DNA of 64,000 nucleotides, taken from contig CBDCJH010000002.1 in the NCBI GenBank assembly GCA_965217775.1, positions 4,672,001-4,736,000 on the forward strand, written 5' to 3'. Shown here one piece after another: positions 63,033-64,000 of the stretch (within the stretch, counting starts at the first letter, position 1; each line of letters starts with the position of its first letter). The stretch comes from Acidobacteriota bacterium (GTDB lineage Bacteria; Acidobacteriota; UBA6911; RPQK01; JAJDTT01). A model generated the notes under the pieces. That model searched no databases and was not told the origin of the DNA. It saw only the letters and a list, made by a program, of their open reading frames with translations. The position numbers and the translations under genes were made by a program.

Positions 63033-63602
63033 ATGTCGGAGGAGAGGCGGCAACTGCCCACGGAGATCGAAGCCAAGGTTCCTCTCGACGTGGAGGAATT
63101 CGGGGGCTTGCGCTCCAGGGTGCGGGAGATCGGGGCCCGCCTCAGCCGGCCCCGCCTCCGGGAAGAGAACACCCTCTTCGACTTCCCCGACGGTAGATTG
63201 GAGAAGGCCGATTCCGCCCTTCGGGTCCGGTCCTTCGGTCAGGAATGCCTGCTGACCTACAAGGGAAAGAGCCGGGAGCACTCGTTTCTGAAACTGCGGG
63301 AAGAGATCGAGACCCGGGTGGAGGACGCCGCCGCCCTGGTCGAGCTGTTCGAAGCTCTGGGTCTTCGAAAGGCCTTTCACTACTGGAAGTATCGCGAGAT
63401 CTACGACCTGGAACTGCGCACCGGAGCCGTCACCATCGCGCTGGACGAGACTCCGATCGGCTTCTTCGCCGAGGTCGAAGGCCCGGAGGAATCGATTCAG
63501 GCGGTGGTCGATCTCATGGGTTGGGACCCGGCGTCGTTCATTCGGGAGAGCTACCCCAAGTTGTATCGGGAGCACGGCCTCGGGTCCCCGGGAGTGGAAT
63601 GA
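63033..63602 (+). CDS. CYTH domain protein (class IV adenylate cyclase-like)
   Basis: EIEAK, LRVR, LTYKG, REEIET, EVEG, SY; start could be 63009. Confidence 0.88.
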   Translation: MSEERRQLPTEIEAKVPLDVEEFGGLRSRVREIGARLSRPRLREENTLFDFPDGRLEKADSALRVRSFGQECLLTYKGKSREHSFLKLREEIETRVEDAAALVELFEALGLRKAFHYWKYREIYDLELRTGAVTIALDETPIGFFAEVEGPEESIQAVVDLMGWDPASFIRESYPKLYREHGLGSPGVE

Positions 63603-64000
63603 AGGGAATGATTCTGGCGGCCGGGCTGGGCAGCCGCCTGCGACCCCTGACCTGGATCCGGGCCAAGCCGGCGGTACCCCTCCTGAACCGTCCCCTGATC
63701 CGCTACGCCTTCGACCTGCTGGATTCGCTGCGGATCCGGGAGGTGGTGGTGAACCTGCACCACTTGCGCGGGTCGGTGACCCGGGCTCTGGAAGGGGTGA
63801 CGCCCACGGTGCGTTTCTCACCGGAACCGGAGATCCTGGGCACGGCCGGAGCCGTGGGGCAGGTCCGGGACTTCTGGGGGCCGGAACCCTTTGTGGTCTG
63901 CAACGGGAAGATCTATTTCGAACAGCGTCTGGGTCCGGTGCTGGCCGCCCACCAGGAGAGCCGGGCATTGGCGACCCTGGTCCTGGTGCCGCGGAAACCG
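63599..64000 (+). CDS. Nucleotidyltransferase (NTP_transferase family), partial
   Basis: MKGMILAAGLGSRLRPLT...KP; EPEILGTAG. Confidence 0.9.
   Translation, partial: MKGMILAAGLGSRLRPLTWIRAKPAVPLLNRPLIRYAFDLLDSLRIREVVVNLHHLRGSVTRALEGVTPTVRFSPEPEILGTAGAVGQVRDFWGPEPFVVCNGKIYFEQRLGPVLAAHQESRALATLVLVPRKP

Noticed and set aside
1-64000. tRNA/rRNA genes, prophage or REP-associated transposase
   Set aside because: No cloverleaf or rRNA signatures, phage genes or HUH/Y1 transposase motifs recognised by eye in this window

Overview
High-GC bacterial chromosomal window, most likely Acidobacteriota (inferred from the fused LptF/G, DUF1501/DUF1549-DUF1553 pairs, MqnA and gsp gene style). It contains a type II secretion/pseudopilus cluster (gspE-F-G-H-I-J-K-L) downstream of an ECF sigma/anti-sigma pair, an M23 peptidase, a giant S8 protease, an ArgE-like deacylase, two cytochrome-c DUF1549/DUF1553 + DUF1501 modules, a RelBE-like TA pair, lptFG, nuoA-I sandwiched between lipB and lipA, split siroheme genes, topA, dprA, mqnA and namZ. 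No rRNA, tRNA or CRISPR array was recognised. The most notable signal is a nested mobile-DNA system. A dense family of GGAG-footed REP-like hairpins (over 20 copies, some forming ~138-bp REPIN-like doublets, several embedded in-frame in genes) is the apparent homing target of a 1917-bp group II intron present in two apparently identical copies. Both copies sit at the same nucleotide of the REP loop (GGCGRCT^TTCTTGYCGCC), the intron carries a candidate EBS1 (AGUCGC) complementary to the REP arm, and empty perfect targets remain in the window. Two further MITE families are flanked by CTAG, which in two cases overlaps a TAG stop codon. All product calls come from motif recognition by eye, not database searches.
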